Positions 46,371 to 55,487 of a stretch of DNA of 64,000 bases are shown here, in pieces (within the stretch, counting starts at the first letter, position 1; the number at the start of each line of letters is the position of its first letter). The notes under the pieces are model-generated. The model was not told the origin of the DNA. It worked only from the letters and a program-made list of their open reading frames with translations, and ran no database searches. The stretch comes from a virus. Location: positions 32,001-96,000 of the IMG/VR virus record IMGVR_UViG_3300025151_003852; one strand, 5' to 3'. The position numbers were made by a program, and so were the translations under genes.

Positions 46371-48164
46371 ATGGCATATACAAAGAAATTTTTAAACAAG
46401 AGCGGAGTATCAAGTCCGATATCGGGAGGCAACAGTAATCCTGGGTCTTGGAACGGTGTAGGCGCATCAGAAGAAGGTTACTCAAACACTGATTTCGGTT
46501 ACAAGAATTACATGAGTAGACTTCCTGAAGTTTACACAGGACATCCTAACAGAATAGAAAGATACAATCAGTATGAGATGATGGATGTCGATGCTGAGAT
46601 CAATGCTTGTTTAGATATCATTGCAGAATTCAGCACACAAAAGAATGATCACAATCATACACCATTTAACTTTGAGTTTAGAGATGAGCCTACTCCACAT
46701 GAGATGGACTTGTTATCTAAGCAGTTACAACAATGGTGTAAGTTAAATGAATTTGATACTCGTATGTTTAAGATGTTTAGAAACGTCATTAAATACGGAG
46801 ATCAAGTCTTTGTAAGAGATCCAGAGAACTTTAAACTCTACTGGGTTGACATGGTTAAGGTCATCAAAGTTATTGTTAACGAAAGTGAAGGTAAACTTCC
46901 TGAACAGTATGTTATTAAAGACTTAAACATTAACTTACAGAACTTAACAGTTGCACAAAAAACAAACACAGATTTTGCCGCTAATCCAACAACAGGATTA
47001 GGTGGTACTGGTGGCGGTGGCGGAGCAGGTGGAGGCGGATATACTGTCCCATCTATGCCATACAACACATCAGGTAGTAGATTTACATTAGGACAAGCAG
47101 AATCAGCAATCGATTCTAATCATGTTGTTCACTTGTCACTAACAGAAGGCTTAGATCGTTTCTGGCCTTTCGGACAATCAATCTTAGAGAACATCTTTAA
47201 AGTATATAAACAGAAAGAACTATTAGAAGATGCTATCTTAATCTATCGTGTACAACGTGCGCCAGAACGTAGAATGTTTAAGATTGATGTAGGTAATATG
47301 CCTAGTCACTTAGCAATGGCATTCGTAGATAGAATTAAAAATGAGATTCACCAAAGACGTATTCCAAGTATTCACGGTGGGCAGTCTGTAGTTGATGCTA
47401 CATACAATCCACTATCAATGAATGAAGATTACTTCTTCCCAGTCACATCAGAAGGTAGAGGATCATCTATCGAAGTTCTCCCAGGTGGACAGAACTTAGG
47501 TGAGATTGATGACTTGAAATACTTTAATAATAGATTAGCAAGAGGACTACGTGTACCTAGTTCATACTTACCCACAGGTCCTGATGACAACACAACACCT
47601 CTGAACGATGGTCGTGTTGGTACTGCTATGATACAAGAGTTTAGATTCAATCAGTACTGTGAAAGACTACAGAACTACATCTGTCAAAAACTTGATGATG
47701 AATTTAAATTATTTTTGCGTTGGAGAGGATTCAACATCGATACACAGATGTTTGACTTATCATTTAATCCACCGCAAAACTTTGCCGCTTATCGTCAAAG
47801 TGAACTAGATACTGCAAGAGTAGGTACTTTTGGAGCAATGGAAGCATTCCCTTATGTTTCTAAACGTTTTGCACTAGAAAGATTCTTAGGATTAACTGAA
47901 GAAGAAATCAATAAGAATGAAAAACTTTGGGCAGAAGAAAACACTGAAGCACAAGATGCAGACCCATCAGGCTCTGATCTTAGAAACATTGGAGTGTCTA
48001 CAGGAGACTTTGATGCAGATATGGACACTAGTGAAGAAATCGAAGACCAAGAAAACTTAGACGATCTTGGAGACCTCGATGTAGCAGGTCCAGTAGGTAC
48101 CCCGGGGACAGCAACCGGTTCAGTTGAAGGTGCTGGTGAAGTAGGACCTGCTCAAGGCGTTTAG
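46371..48164 (+). CDS. gp20: Portal vertex protein, T4 gp20-like
   Basis: 'LLEDAILIYRVQRAPERRMFKIDVGNMP', 'EDYFFP...GRGS.IE.LPGGQNLGEIDD..YF...L..GLRVP.S'. Confidence 0.92.
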   Translation: MAYTKKFLNKSGVSSPISGGNSNPGSWNGVGASEEGYSNTDFGYKNYMSRLPEVYTGHPNRIERYNQYEMMDVDAEINACLDIIAEFSTQKNDHNHTPFNFEFRDEPTPHEMDLLSKQLQQWCKLNEFDTRMFKMFRNVIKYGDQVFVRDPENFKLYWVDMVKVIKVIVNESEGKLPEQYVIKDLNINLQNLTVAQKTNTDFAANPTTGLGGTGGGGGAGGGGYTVPSMPYNTSGSRFTLGQAESAIDSNHVVHLSLTEGLDRFWPFGQSILENIFKVYKQKELLEDAILIYRVQRAPERRMFKIDVGNMPSHLAMAFVDRIKNEIHQRRIPSIHGGQSVVDATYNPLSMNEDYFFPVTSEGRGSSIEVLPGGQNLGEIDDLKYFNNRLARGLRVPSSYLPTGPDDNTTPLNDGRVGTAMIQEFRFNQYCERLQNYICQKLDDEFKLFLRWRGFNIDTQMFDLSFNPPQNFAAYRQSELDTARVGTFGAMEAFPYVSKRFALERFLGLTEEEINKNEKLWAEENTEAQDADPSGSDLRNIGVSTGDFDADMDTSEEIEDQENLDDLGDLDVAGPVGTPGTATGSVEGAGEVGPAQGV

Positions 48165-49018
48165 TGAAACTTAAACATATTATTACATCTGGATGCAGTT
48201 TCAGTGATGCTTATACTCACTGGACGTGGCCTCATGTATTAGAATCACATATCAAATCATTAGACCCTAACGTAACATTCGATCACAGAGGCATGGGTCA
48301 TCAAGGTCAAGAACTCATACAAAAGAAAACAACAAATGCTATTATAGATGCATTAGATAATGGGATTGATCCATCTGAAATAGGTGTTCTTGTTGCTTGG
48401 AGTGGTAATGATCGCAAAACTTGGTACATAACAAACAAAGATTATATTAGTGATATTAAAGATCACTGGAGTACGTCCGGTGGAGACAACTGGGACATAC
48501 AATTTTGTAATCTCAAAAACAATAAAGAAGGTGTTGAAGTATTAGAATATAATAATAAACACGGAAATTATTTTGTTCAATATAATCCCAACGGCGGGTG
48601 GTATCACTCCGCATGGAATCATAGAGAACCTAAATTTATCAATGATTATATAATGTTTACTGAACCTGTTACTGCCAGAGGTTATGATACACATAACATA
48701 CACTCGTTGCATCTTGCATTAGAAAATATGATTATGTTGCAAAATACATGTAAAGTACATGGTATTAAATTTTATCATCAATATTATATGGATCATACAT
48801 ACAAAGATATTGAAGCATGTAAAGATCATCCTATTATAGAATATCTCTATAAACAACTAGATCAAACGATTAGAGTAAAGCCTGCAATCCATGAATATGT
48901 CAAACCTTTTGGCATGACAGTATCAGAAAGAGATGTACATCCTAATGAAGAAGGGCATCAAAAATACTTTGATGATATTCTAAAACCCTTTTTAGAAGAA
49001 AAAAACTTTTTTGAATAA
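48164..49018 (+). CDS. SGNH/GDSL hydrolase-like protein
   Basis: Block I-like 'GCSFS', 'WP..L', 'G.G', and block V-like 'DVHPNEEGH'. Confidence 0.6.
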   Translation: MKLKHIITSGCSFSDAYTHWTWPHVLESHIKSLDPNVTFDHRGMGHQGQELIQKKTTNAIIDALDNGIDPSEIGVLVAWSGNDRKTWYITNKDYISDIKDHWSTSGGDNWDIQFCNLKNNKEGVEVLEYNNKHGNYFVQYNPNGGWYHSAWNHREPKFINDYIMFTEPVTARGYDTHNIHSLHLALENMIMLQNTCKVHGIKFYHQYYMDHTYKDIEACKDHPIIEYLYKQLDQTIRVKPAIHEYVKPFGMTVSERDVHPNEEGHQKYFDDILKPFLEEKNFFE

Positions 49019-49026
49019 ATATTAAT

Positions 49027-49257
49027 ATGAAATTATTTGAAATGTTCGATGCGGCAACACCAGGATACCAAGAAGTTGGAGATGACAACTCCAAACCTAT
49101 TTGGAGAACATCTAGGAAAACAAAACTCACATTGAGTCAAATCAGAAAGTTACGTAAAATGTTAGATGTCAGAAATTATGAAAAAGCAAAACATCTGACC
49201 AAAGTTAGAAATCAGTACGGGGCAAAACCAGATCCAGAGGCTGGTCCTAGCATCTAA
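49027..49257 (+). CDS. Small basic head-region protein
   Basis: 76 aa, 'RKTKLTLSQIRKLRKM'; TAAATA 5 nt upstream; N-terminal L-x-E. Confidence 0.65.
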   Translation: MKLFEMFDAATPGYQEVGDDNSKPIWRTSRKTKLTLSQIRKLRKMLDVRNYEKAKHLTKVRNQYGAKPDPEAGPSI

Positions 49258-49405
49258 TTTTAATAATCAGAAATACCTGATTTCCCCTATTTTCACCTCA
49301 AATACGCCAAAAACGCAAAAAAGTAGTACTTAAATAGTACTTTTTATAACTACGCACTAAATATCTCTACAAAGCCATACTTTATTATATCAGGAGAAAA
49401 GTACA

Positions 49406-50239
49406 ATGGAAAACAAGAAATTTGAACAATTAATCGATCTCATTATTAATGAAGACGAAGAACAGGCGAAAGAACTGTTTCACAACATTGTTGTCGAAAA
49501 ATCAAAAGAAATCTACGAGTCTATCATGGAAGAAGAAATGAAAGACAGTGACGACCTAGAAGAAGGCATGGGCGGTCAAGTCGGTGATCTTGCTGACGAA
49601 GTCCAAGCAGAAGAATCTGGTGTTGCAGAAGATGCTGAAGAAGAAATTGACGTTGATTCAGAAGAAGTTTTCGACATCGAAGGCGATGATGAAGTAGATG
49701 CTACTTTAGACATCGAAGCAAACTCATCTGAAGAAGTTGAAGATGCAGTTGTAAGAATCGAAGACAAACTCGACACATTATTAGACGAGTTTGAAGAACT
49801 CATGGCCGACCAAGACGAATTAAAAGGTCGTGATGACGAAATGGATGCTGACCTACATGACATCGAAGATAAAGAAGATGACATCGAAGGCGACATCGAA
49901 GACCAGGAAGTTGACGTAGACGTTTCTGTTGATGACGAAGAAGTAGTTGCTGAAGCAATTAATCTTCCTAAAGTAACAGCACACATGGGAGACAACGGTT
50001 CAAATACTAAATCTCCAGTAGACGCAAACTCAGGTCAAAAAGGAATGGACAGTAAGCCAGTAGATTTCGATCTAGGTGGTGATGAAAAAGGACGCCCTGC
50101 TCCGACTGCTAAAGACGTAGATGGTGCTTCTTCATTCCAAAACGTTCCTGGAAACAACAAAGGACCTAAATTGAGTCCTGCACCAAAGCCCGTAACATCA
50201 CAGGCTGAAGGTACTAACACTAAATCTGTAATAGATTAA
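49406..50239 (+). CDS. Highly acidic prohead core/scaffold protein (gp67/gp68-like position)
   Basis: Asp/Glu-rich 277 aa directly upstream of the prohead protease; AGGAG SD; TAAATA at 49331 and 49358. Confidence 0.6.
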   Translation: MENKKFEQLIDLIINEDEEQAKELFHNIVVEKSKEIYESIMEEEMKDSDDLEEGMGGQVGDLADEVQAEESGVAEDAEEEIDVDSEEVFDIEGDDEVDATLDIEANSSEEVEDAVVRIEDKLDTLLDEFEELMADQDELKGRDDEMDADLHDIEDKEDDIEGDIEDQEVDVDVSVDDEEVVAEAINLPKVTAHMGDNGSNTKSPVDANSGQKGMDSKPVDFDLGGDEKGRPAPTAKDVDGASSFQNVPGNNKGPKLSPAPKPVTSQAEGTNTKSVID

Positions 50240-50251
50240 GGACTGATACAA

Positions 50252-50893
50252 ATGGCTTTGTATCTTAAAGAACACTTATCATTCGACCGTGCTGAAATGA
50301 TGGTCGAATCGGTAAAAGAAGGTGATTCTAATTTGAAGACTCTTTATATGAAAGGAATCTTCATTCAGGGAGGGGTAAAAAACGCCAATGAACGTGTTTA
50401 CCCCGTTTCTGAAATCAAAACAGCCGTAGACACACTTAACGATCAAATACAAGAAGGTAATTCTGTGTTAGGTGAAGTTGACCATCCCGATGATTTAAAA
50501 ATTAACTTAGATCGTGTTTCACATATGATTACTAATATGTGGATGGATGGGCCTAATGGCTACGGTAAGTTAAAGATTTTACCAACTCCGATGGGTCAGT
50601 TAGTTCAGACCATGTTAGAGTCAGGGGTAAAACTCGGAGTATCTAGTAGAGGTAGCGGAAACGTTAATGATTTAGATGGCCGAGTCAGTGATTTTGAAAT
50701 AATCACTGTGGATATTGTTGCCCAACCAAGTGCTCCTAATGCATATCCTAAAGCAATTTACGAAGGTCTTATGAATATGACCAACGGACATAAAGTTTTA
50801 GAAATTGCAAGAGAAGCAAGAGGCAATAAACAAGTAGAACGGTTTTTGAAGGACGAGGTAACTCGTCTTATCAAAGATTTAAAAATCGACTAA
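50252..50893 (+). CDS. gp21: Prohead core protease, T4 gp21-like
   Basis: 'GIFIQ...KNANERVYP', 'GEVDHP', 'RVSH.I', 'TPMG', 'GVSSRGSG', 'D.V..PSAP.A'. Confidence 0.92.
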   Translation: MALYLKEHLSFDRAEMMVESVKEGDSNLKTLYMKGIFIQGGVKNANERVYPVSEIKTAVDTLNDQIQEGNSVLGEVDHPDDLKINLDRVSHMITNMWMDGPNGYGKLKILPTPMGQLVQTMLESGVKLGVSSRGSGNVNDLDGRVSDFEIITVDIVAQPSAPNAYPKAIYEGLMNMTNGHKVLEIAREARGNKQVERFLKDEVTRLIKDLKID

Positions 50894-50911
50894 AATAGAG
50901 GGGAAAACAGC

Positions 50912-52018
50912 ATGTTAGATGCTATCAAACCATTAATTGATTCAGGTCTTATTAACGAAGATGTCGCAGGTGAATTAGAAAGCACTTGGGAATCTAAGTT
51001 AACTGAGGCTAAAGATCAAGTTCGTGGTGAACTTAGAAATGAGTTCGCACAAAGATACGAACATGACAGAAGTGTGATGGTTGAAGCCCTGGATAAGATG
51101 ATTACAGAATCTCTCTCAGAAGAAATTAAAGAATTTCATGAGGAGAAGACTGCAATTAACGAAGACCGCGTAAAAGCAAAAATGAAACTTAAGGAAAGTG
51201 CAAAGAAATTTAATAACTTTATGGTAACTAAGTTAGCAGAAGAAATTAAAGAACTACGTGCAGACCGTAAGGTTCAGTTGGAAAACCAAGATAAACTTCA
51301 AAAGTTTATCACTCATGCATTGGCTAGAGAGATCAAAGAATTTGCTCAGGATAGACAAGCAGTGGTAGAACAACGAGTCAAGTTAGTTGCTGAAGGTCGT
51401 ACACAATTAGAAGCATTGAAAGAGAAGTTTATTTCTGAAAGTGCCTCAAGATTGAGTAAGTCAGTTTCATCTCATCTAAAAGGTGAATTATCACAACTTA
51501 AGGAAGATATTCAAATTGCTAGGGAGAATAACTTCGGTCGTAAGATTTTTGAAACATTTGCAGGTGAATTCAGCACAACTTATCTTAATGATAAGGCTGA
51601 AACACGTAAGATTGTTTCTGACTTGAACGACAAAGAACAAGAACTAGCAGAATCAAGGGTTCAACTTGCGAAAGCACAAGAACTCATTGAATCAAAAGAA
51701 CGTGAAGTTAACATTATTAAAGAATCTACTCAACGTGAAAAGACTTTAGACAGTTTAGTGTCATCTTTAAACAAAGAGAAGGCTCAAGTAATGCGATCTT
51801 TATTAGAAAGTGTTCAGACGCCAAAACTGAAGAACGCATTTGATAAGTATTTACCAGCAGTATTGAACGAAGGAAGTACCAAAGAGAAATCTGAAAAGGC
51901 TCCTCTTACTGAATCTGTTTCAACTGCACAAACAGGTAATAAATCTGCCAAGAAAGAACAAGAGGTTGAGGTAGATGACAGCAATGTTATCGATCTTAAG
52001 CGCCTGGCAGGGCTTTAA
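50912..52018 (+). CDS. gp22: Prohead scaffolding protein, T4 gp22-like
   Basis: Coiled-coil 368-aa protein between protease and capsid; 'FGRKIFE.F..EF'. Confidence 0.75.
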   Translation: MLDAIKPLIDSGLINEDVAGELESTWESKLTEAKDQVRGELRNEFAQRYEHDRSVMVEALDKMITESLSEEIKEFHEEKTAINEDRVKAKMKLKESAKKFNNFMVTKLAEEIKELRADRKVQLENQDKLQKFITHALAREIKEFAQDRQAVVEQRVKLVAEGRTQLEALKEKFISESASRLSKSVSSHLKGELSQLKEDIQIARENNFGRKIFETFAGEFSTTYLNDKAETRKIVSDLNDKEQELAESRVQLAKAQELIESKEREVNIIKESTQREKTLDSLVSSLNKEKAQVMRSLLESVQTPKLKNAFDKYLPAVLNEGSTKEKSEKAPLTESVSTAQTGNKSAKKEQEVEVDDSNVIDLKRLAGL

Positions 52019-52055
52019 TTATAAACTAGACATAGAAATTTAGGAGAAAATAACC

Positions 52056-53255
52056 ATGTCACAAGTACTCTTAGAAAGCCGTTGGGACGAGACAAAAGAC
52101 GCCCTGTTAGAAGGCTTAAAAGGCACTCGCCGATCAACAATGGGTGTTATCCTTGAAAACACTCGCAAAGGTCTCTTAAATGAGAATGCTACCGCAGGTA
52201 GTACCTCTGCAGGAAATATTGCTACACTTAACCGTGTGATTTTACCAGTAATTCGTAGGGTTATGCCTACTGTTATTGCTAACGAACTAGTCGGCGTTCA
52301 GCCAATGACTGGTCCTGTTGGACAGATTCACACTTTACGTGTACGTTATGCTCAGTCATTGACTGACAATTCAGCAGCCGCTACTTCTGTAACTGCTGGT
52401 GAAGAAGCATTATCACCATTCAAAATCGCACAGGCGTACTCACGTACAGCCCAAGGAACTGCGACTGCGAACTCTTACACAGGTGCTGATACAGCAACTT
52501 TAGAAGGTAACGGTGGTAAGCAAATCAGTGTGCAAATCTTAAGACAGGCTGTAGAAGCCAAGTCACGTAAGTTACAAGCACGTTGGACTTTTGAAGCCGC
52601 TCAGGATGCTCAGTCTCAACACGGAATCGATGTTGAAGCAGAAATCATGGCCGCTTTAGCACAAGAAATCACTGCTGAAATTGATCAGGAGATTTTACTA
52701 TCTCTTAGAACATTGGCAGCAACTGAGTTCACATATAACCAGGCAGCGGTATCAGGTACTGCTACTTACGTTGGTGACGAACATGCCGCATTAGCAGTTC
52801 TAATCAACAGAGTTGCAAACTTGATTGCACAAAGAACACGTAGAGGCGCAGGTAACTGGGCTGTTGTTTCTTCTGCCGCATTAACTGTATTACAATCTGC
52901 TACTACATCAGCATTTGCACGTACAACTGAAGGTACTTTTGAAGCACCTACTAACACTAAGTTTGTTGGTACGTTGAACGGCGCTATGCGTGTTTTCGTT
53001 GATTCATATGCTCCTGATACTCAAGCAGTATTAGTTGGATACAAAGGATCATCTGAGACTGATGCGGCGGCATTCTACTGCCCATACATTCCATTAATGA
53101 GCAGTGGTGTTGTACTAGATCCATCAACATTCGAACCAGTCGTTTCATTTATGACACGTTACGGATATGTAGAGTTAACTAACACTGCATCTTCATTCGG
53201 TAACGCGGCTGACTACGTTGGTGAAATCGCAGTTCAAAACTTAACTTTCCAATAA
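52056..53255 (+). CDS. gp23: Major capsid protein, T4 gp23-like
   Basis: 'RRVMP..IA.E..GVQPMTGP.G', 'AKSRKL.A.WT.E.AQD....HGID.E', 'EIT.EID.E', 'FYCPYIPL', 'TRYG'. Confidence 0.95.
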   Translation: MSQVLLESRWDETKDALLEGLKGTRRSTMGVILENTRKGLLNENATAGSTSAGNIATLNRVILPVIRRVMPTVIANELVGVQPMTGPVGQIHTLRVRYAQSLTDNSAAATSVTAGEEALSPFKIAQAYSRTAQGTATANSYTGADTATLEGNGGKQISVQILRQAVEAKSRKLQARWTFEAAQDAQSQHGIDVEAEIMAALAQEITAEIDQEILLSLRTLAATEFTYNQAAVSGTATYVGDEHAALAVLINRVANLIAQRTRRGAGNWAVVSSAALTVLQSATTSAFARTTEGTFEAPTNTKFVGTLNGAMRVFVDSYAPDTQAVLVGYKGSSETDAAAFYCPYIPLMSSGVVLDPSTFEPVVSFMTRYGYVELTNTASSFGNAADYVGEIAVQNLTFQ

Positions 53256-53290
53256 GCCGATTATTATATAATCAACTTATTATAAGTTTT

Positions 53291-53321
53291 AAGGAAGAGT
53301 CATTAGGCTCTTCCTTTTTTT
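53291..53321 (+). terminator. Rho-independent terminator after the capsid gene
   Basis: AAGGAAGAGTC-ATTA-GGCTCTTCCTT stem followed by a T run. Confidence 0.85.
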
Positions 53322-53348
53322 GTGGTTGCCCTTTTTTGTAGTAAATAC

Positions 53349-53377
53349 TTGACAATATTAACCAAAGGTTGTATAAT
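53349..53377 (+). promoter_or_regulatory. Perfect consensus sigma70 promoter
   Basis: TTGACA (53349-54), 17-nt spacer, TATAAT (53372-77), then GGAG SD before ATG 53403. Confidence 0.85.
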
Positions 53378-53402
53378 AGTAAGATAAGTTTGGAGAACAT
53401 TT

Positions 53403-54338
53403 ATGGCAAAAAGAATCTTTAGAATTGAAGCCGGTAGATACGGCGGAGAAACAGTAATGGGCACAGTAGACGAAGAATTTGTCTCAATAATGCTAGAAGA
53501 AGACCAAGAAGAACTCATTGATACCTGCACCAGTGCTGACGAAGAGGACTTTAAAGGAACACTTCCCTATGAGGGTTATTATATGTGGGAATGCGATGAC
53601 ATAGAACATCTTAATTCAGCATATGCAGACAGTGGATTTATTGTTACTGAAGTAACCAATGAAGATGACAAATATGCATACTCAGAAACTGAAACTGATT
53701 TTGAGCCAGTAGCATGTCTTTATGGTAGAGAAGCATATTCACAAAACAGTGAGCCTGATTGGGACGATATTGACAAAGAAAAAGATGATTATGTTCCTGT
53801 GCTAAGTTTTCACAGTTCTGAGAAAGGTAACTTTGGTTGCTGGTTTATAGAAACAGAAGGTGAACCATTCGACAAATATAAATTCACATATGGTATCGTT
53901 GAAACTAATATGGGAGAATTTATTGATAGAGTTTACTATGATGGTAAAGAACTAGAATGTGAATATGATTATTCTGATAGCATCGGTAAGGCTTATTATG
54001 CAGAAGTAGGCTGGATGAATAGAAGATGGCATGATAGTTATGACAAATATGATGAAGATCAATTAGACTCTATCTACTGGGAAGACTTTGCAGAAAATGT
54101 AGAGTACGAAAAGAAAGAAGCATCTACTACTGTACCTTTAAACATTTCAGCAGATGAAATTGTAGGAGAAGTAGGAACAATCGAAAATCCAGGTGACGTA
54201 GATCCTAGTATTGAACCAATCAACGAACCACCTGTTGTTAGTGAAAACGAAGCAGATACATATAAAGAACTACAAGATCAATTAACGCAACTTAACGGTC
54301 ACGGAGATGGTCGAGGGGAAGACGGCGAAGTACTTTAA
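53403..54338 (+). CDS. Acidic, aromatic-rich hypothetical protein (probable early gene)
   Basis: 311-aa ORF with SD and a consensus sigma70 promoter; no family recognised. Confidence 0.7.
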   Translation: MAKRIFRIEAGRYGGETVMGTVDEEFVSIMLEEDQEELIDTCTSADEEDFKGTLPYEGYYMWECDDIEHLNSAYADSGFIVTEVTNEDDKYAYSETETDFEPVACLYGREAYSQNSEPDWDDIDKEKDDYVPVLSFHSSEKGNFGCWFIETEGEPFDKYKFTYGIVETNMGEFIDRVYYDGKELECEYDYSDSIGKAYYAEVGWMNRRWHDSYDKYDEDQLDSIYWEDFAENVEYEKKEASTTVPLNISADEIVGEVGTIENPGDVDPSIEPINEPPVVSENEADTYKELQDQLTQLNGHGDGRGEDGEVL

Positions 54339-55054
54339 TGGCCAGATGTCGCCCAGAAGACTGTAACTTAGAAACAGACAACTTAACTATAATTTGGTAT
54401 CATAATTATTCAGGTGGCAAATTTATGGCTAATTGTCTGAGTCTATCTGATCATGGATTATTTGGTCACAAAGAAATGACCGAAGCACAACTTAGGGGAG
54501 AGTTGTCTCCGGATGACAAATTAAATTATTTGTTAGGTCAAATAGACGAAATCGAAAAAGGAGTTTATTGGACTGACCTTAATATATCAGATAATAAATT
54601 CTTTGGCTTTGACAAAAAAGACTACATCGATCCTTGGAGAGGTATATCATATCATAGTTATGTCAAAGATGTCTCTTATGGTGATTATAAATTTTTTATA
54701 GCATCACACTTCAATCCAGAAGTTATTGAAATCAAAAAGATTTGGAAGAATGCAAACATTATATTGTTTACTCATCCTCACGGTTATGTTGAAAAAAGAG
54801 CAAAGAACGATCCTCAAATCAGTGTTTTTTATGACAGACTTGTTGACTATGAAGACAACATAGCAGAAATGAGAGCATTGCCTAATGTCGTGTATGAATT
54901 TGATGTGCGAAAGTATGAGTCTGAAACTGAAACATTAGATGCAGTCAAAGAAATGTATGATATATTAAATATCAAAGGTTATGATAGAGACAAACTCTCT
55001 GTATATTATAATCACTGGTATAATAAGATAGAAGAAATTAAATACGAATCGTAG
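54338..55054 (+). CDS. Hypothetical protein, possibly sulfotransferase/P-loop-like
   Basis: 'IIWYHNYSGGKFMANCL' resembles a sulfotransferase-like PSB loop; coupled to the upstream gene (TAATG). Confidence 0.45.
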   Translation: MARCRPEDCNLETDNLTIIWYHNYSGGKFMANCLSLSDHGLFGHKEMTEAQLRGELSPDDKLNYLLGQIDEIEKGVYWTDLNISDNKFFGFDKKDYIDPWRGISYHSYVKDVSYGDYKFFIASHFNPEVIEIKKIWKNANIILFTHPHGYVEKRAKNDPQISVFYDRLVDYEDNIAEMRALPNVVYEFDVRKYESETETLDAVKEMYDILNIKGYDRDKLSVYYNHWYNKIEEIKYES

Positions 55055-55391
55055 AGTCTACAGACATCTCCATTTGCTTTTTACCCTCTCGTAACTTCTT
55101 GTTGCGTAGTCTACTACAGTTAGCACAGATTGTCAATATATTTTCTTTTGCTTTGTTGTTAGGATCAAAATCTTTATAAGCAATATCTAATTGAATTAAA
55201 TCTTCAGGTACAAAACCACATTCAATACACATAGTATTTTTCATTGGTATCTTTTTATTATAGATTGCTTTAGCACAATCTGTACAATATTTGTGCCATT
55301 TTTGAAAGCCGTGTTTGCTAACACCGTTTGGTTTAGCAAAAGATATGTTGCAGTTAGCACATTTTGGTCTTGCTGGTTGTCTTGTAAGCAT
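55038..55391 (-). CDS. Zinc-finger protein with degenerate HNH domain
   Basis: Four CxxC pairs; 'QLDIAYKDFDPNNKAKENILTICANCS' follows the HNH pattern but lacks the His residues. Confidence 0.6.
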   Translation of the reverse strand: MLTRQPARPKCANCNISFAKPNGVSKHGFQKWHKYCTDCAKAIYNKKIPMKNTMCIECGFVPEDLIQLDIAYKDFDPNNKAKENILTICANCSRLRNKKLREGKKQMEMSVDSTIRI

Positions 55392-55487
55392 AATTTTATT
55401 TATTAAAAAGATTCATTGGGTTCTTTTTTATGAGATCATTTTTATTATATCAGCATAAATACAGTACATAACTAATGGAACTTATAC

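Noticed and set aside
36792-53255. Introns or inteins in common target genes (gp46, gp47, portal, capsid)
   Set aside because: All reading frames are continuous, of expected size, and lack intein terminal motifs.
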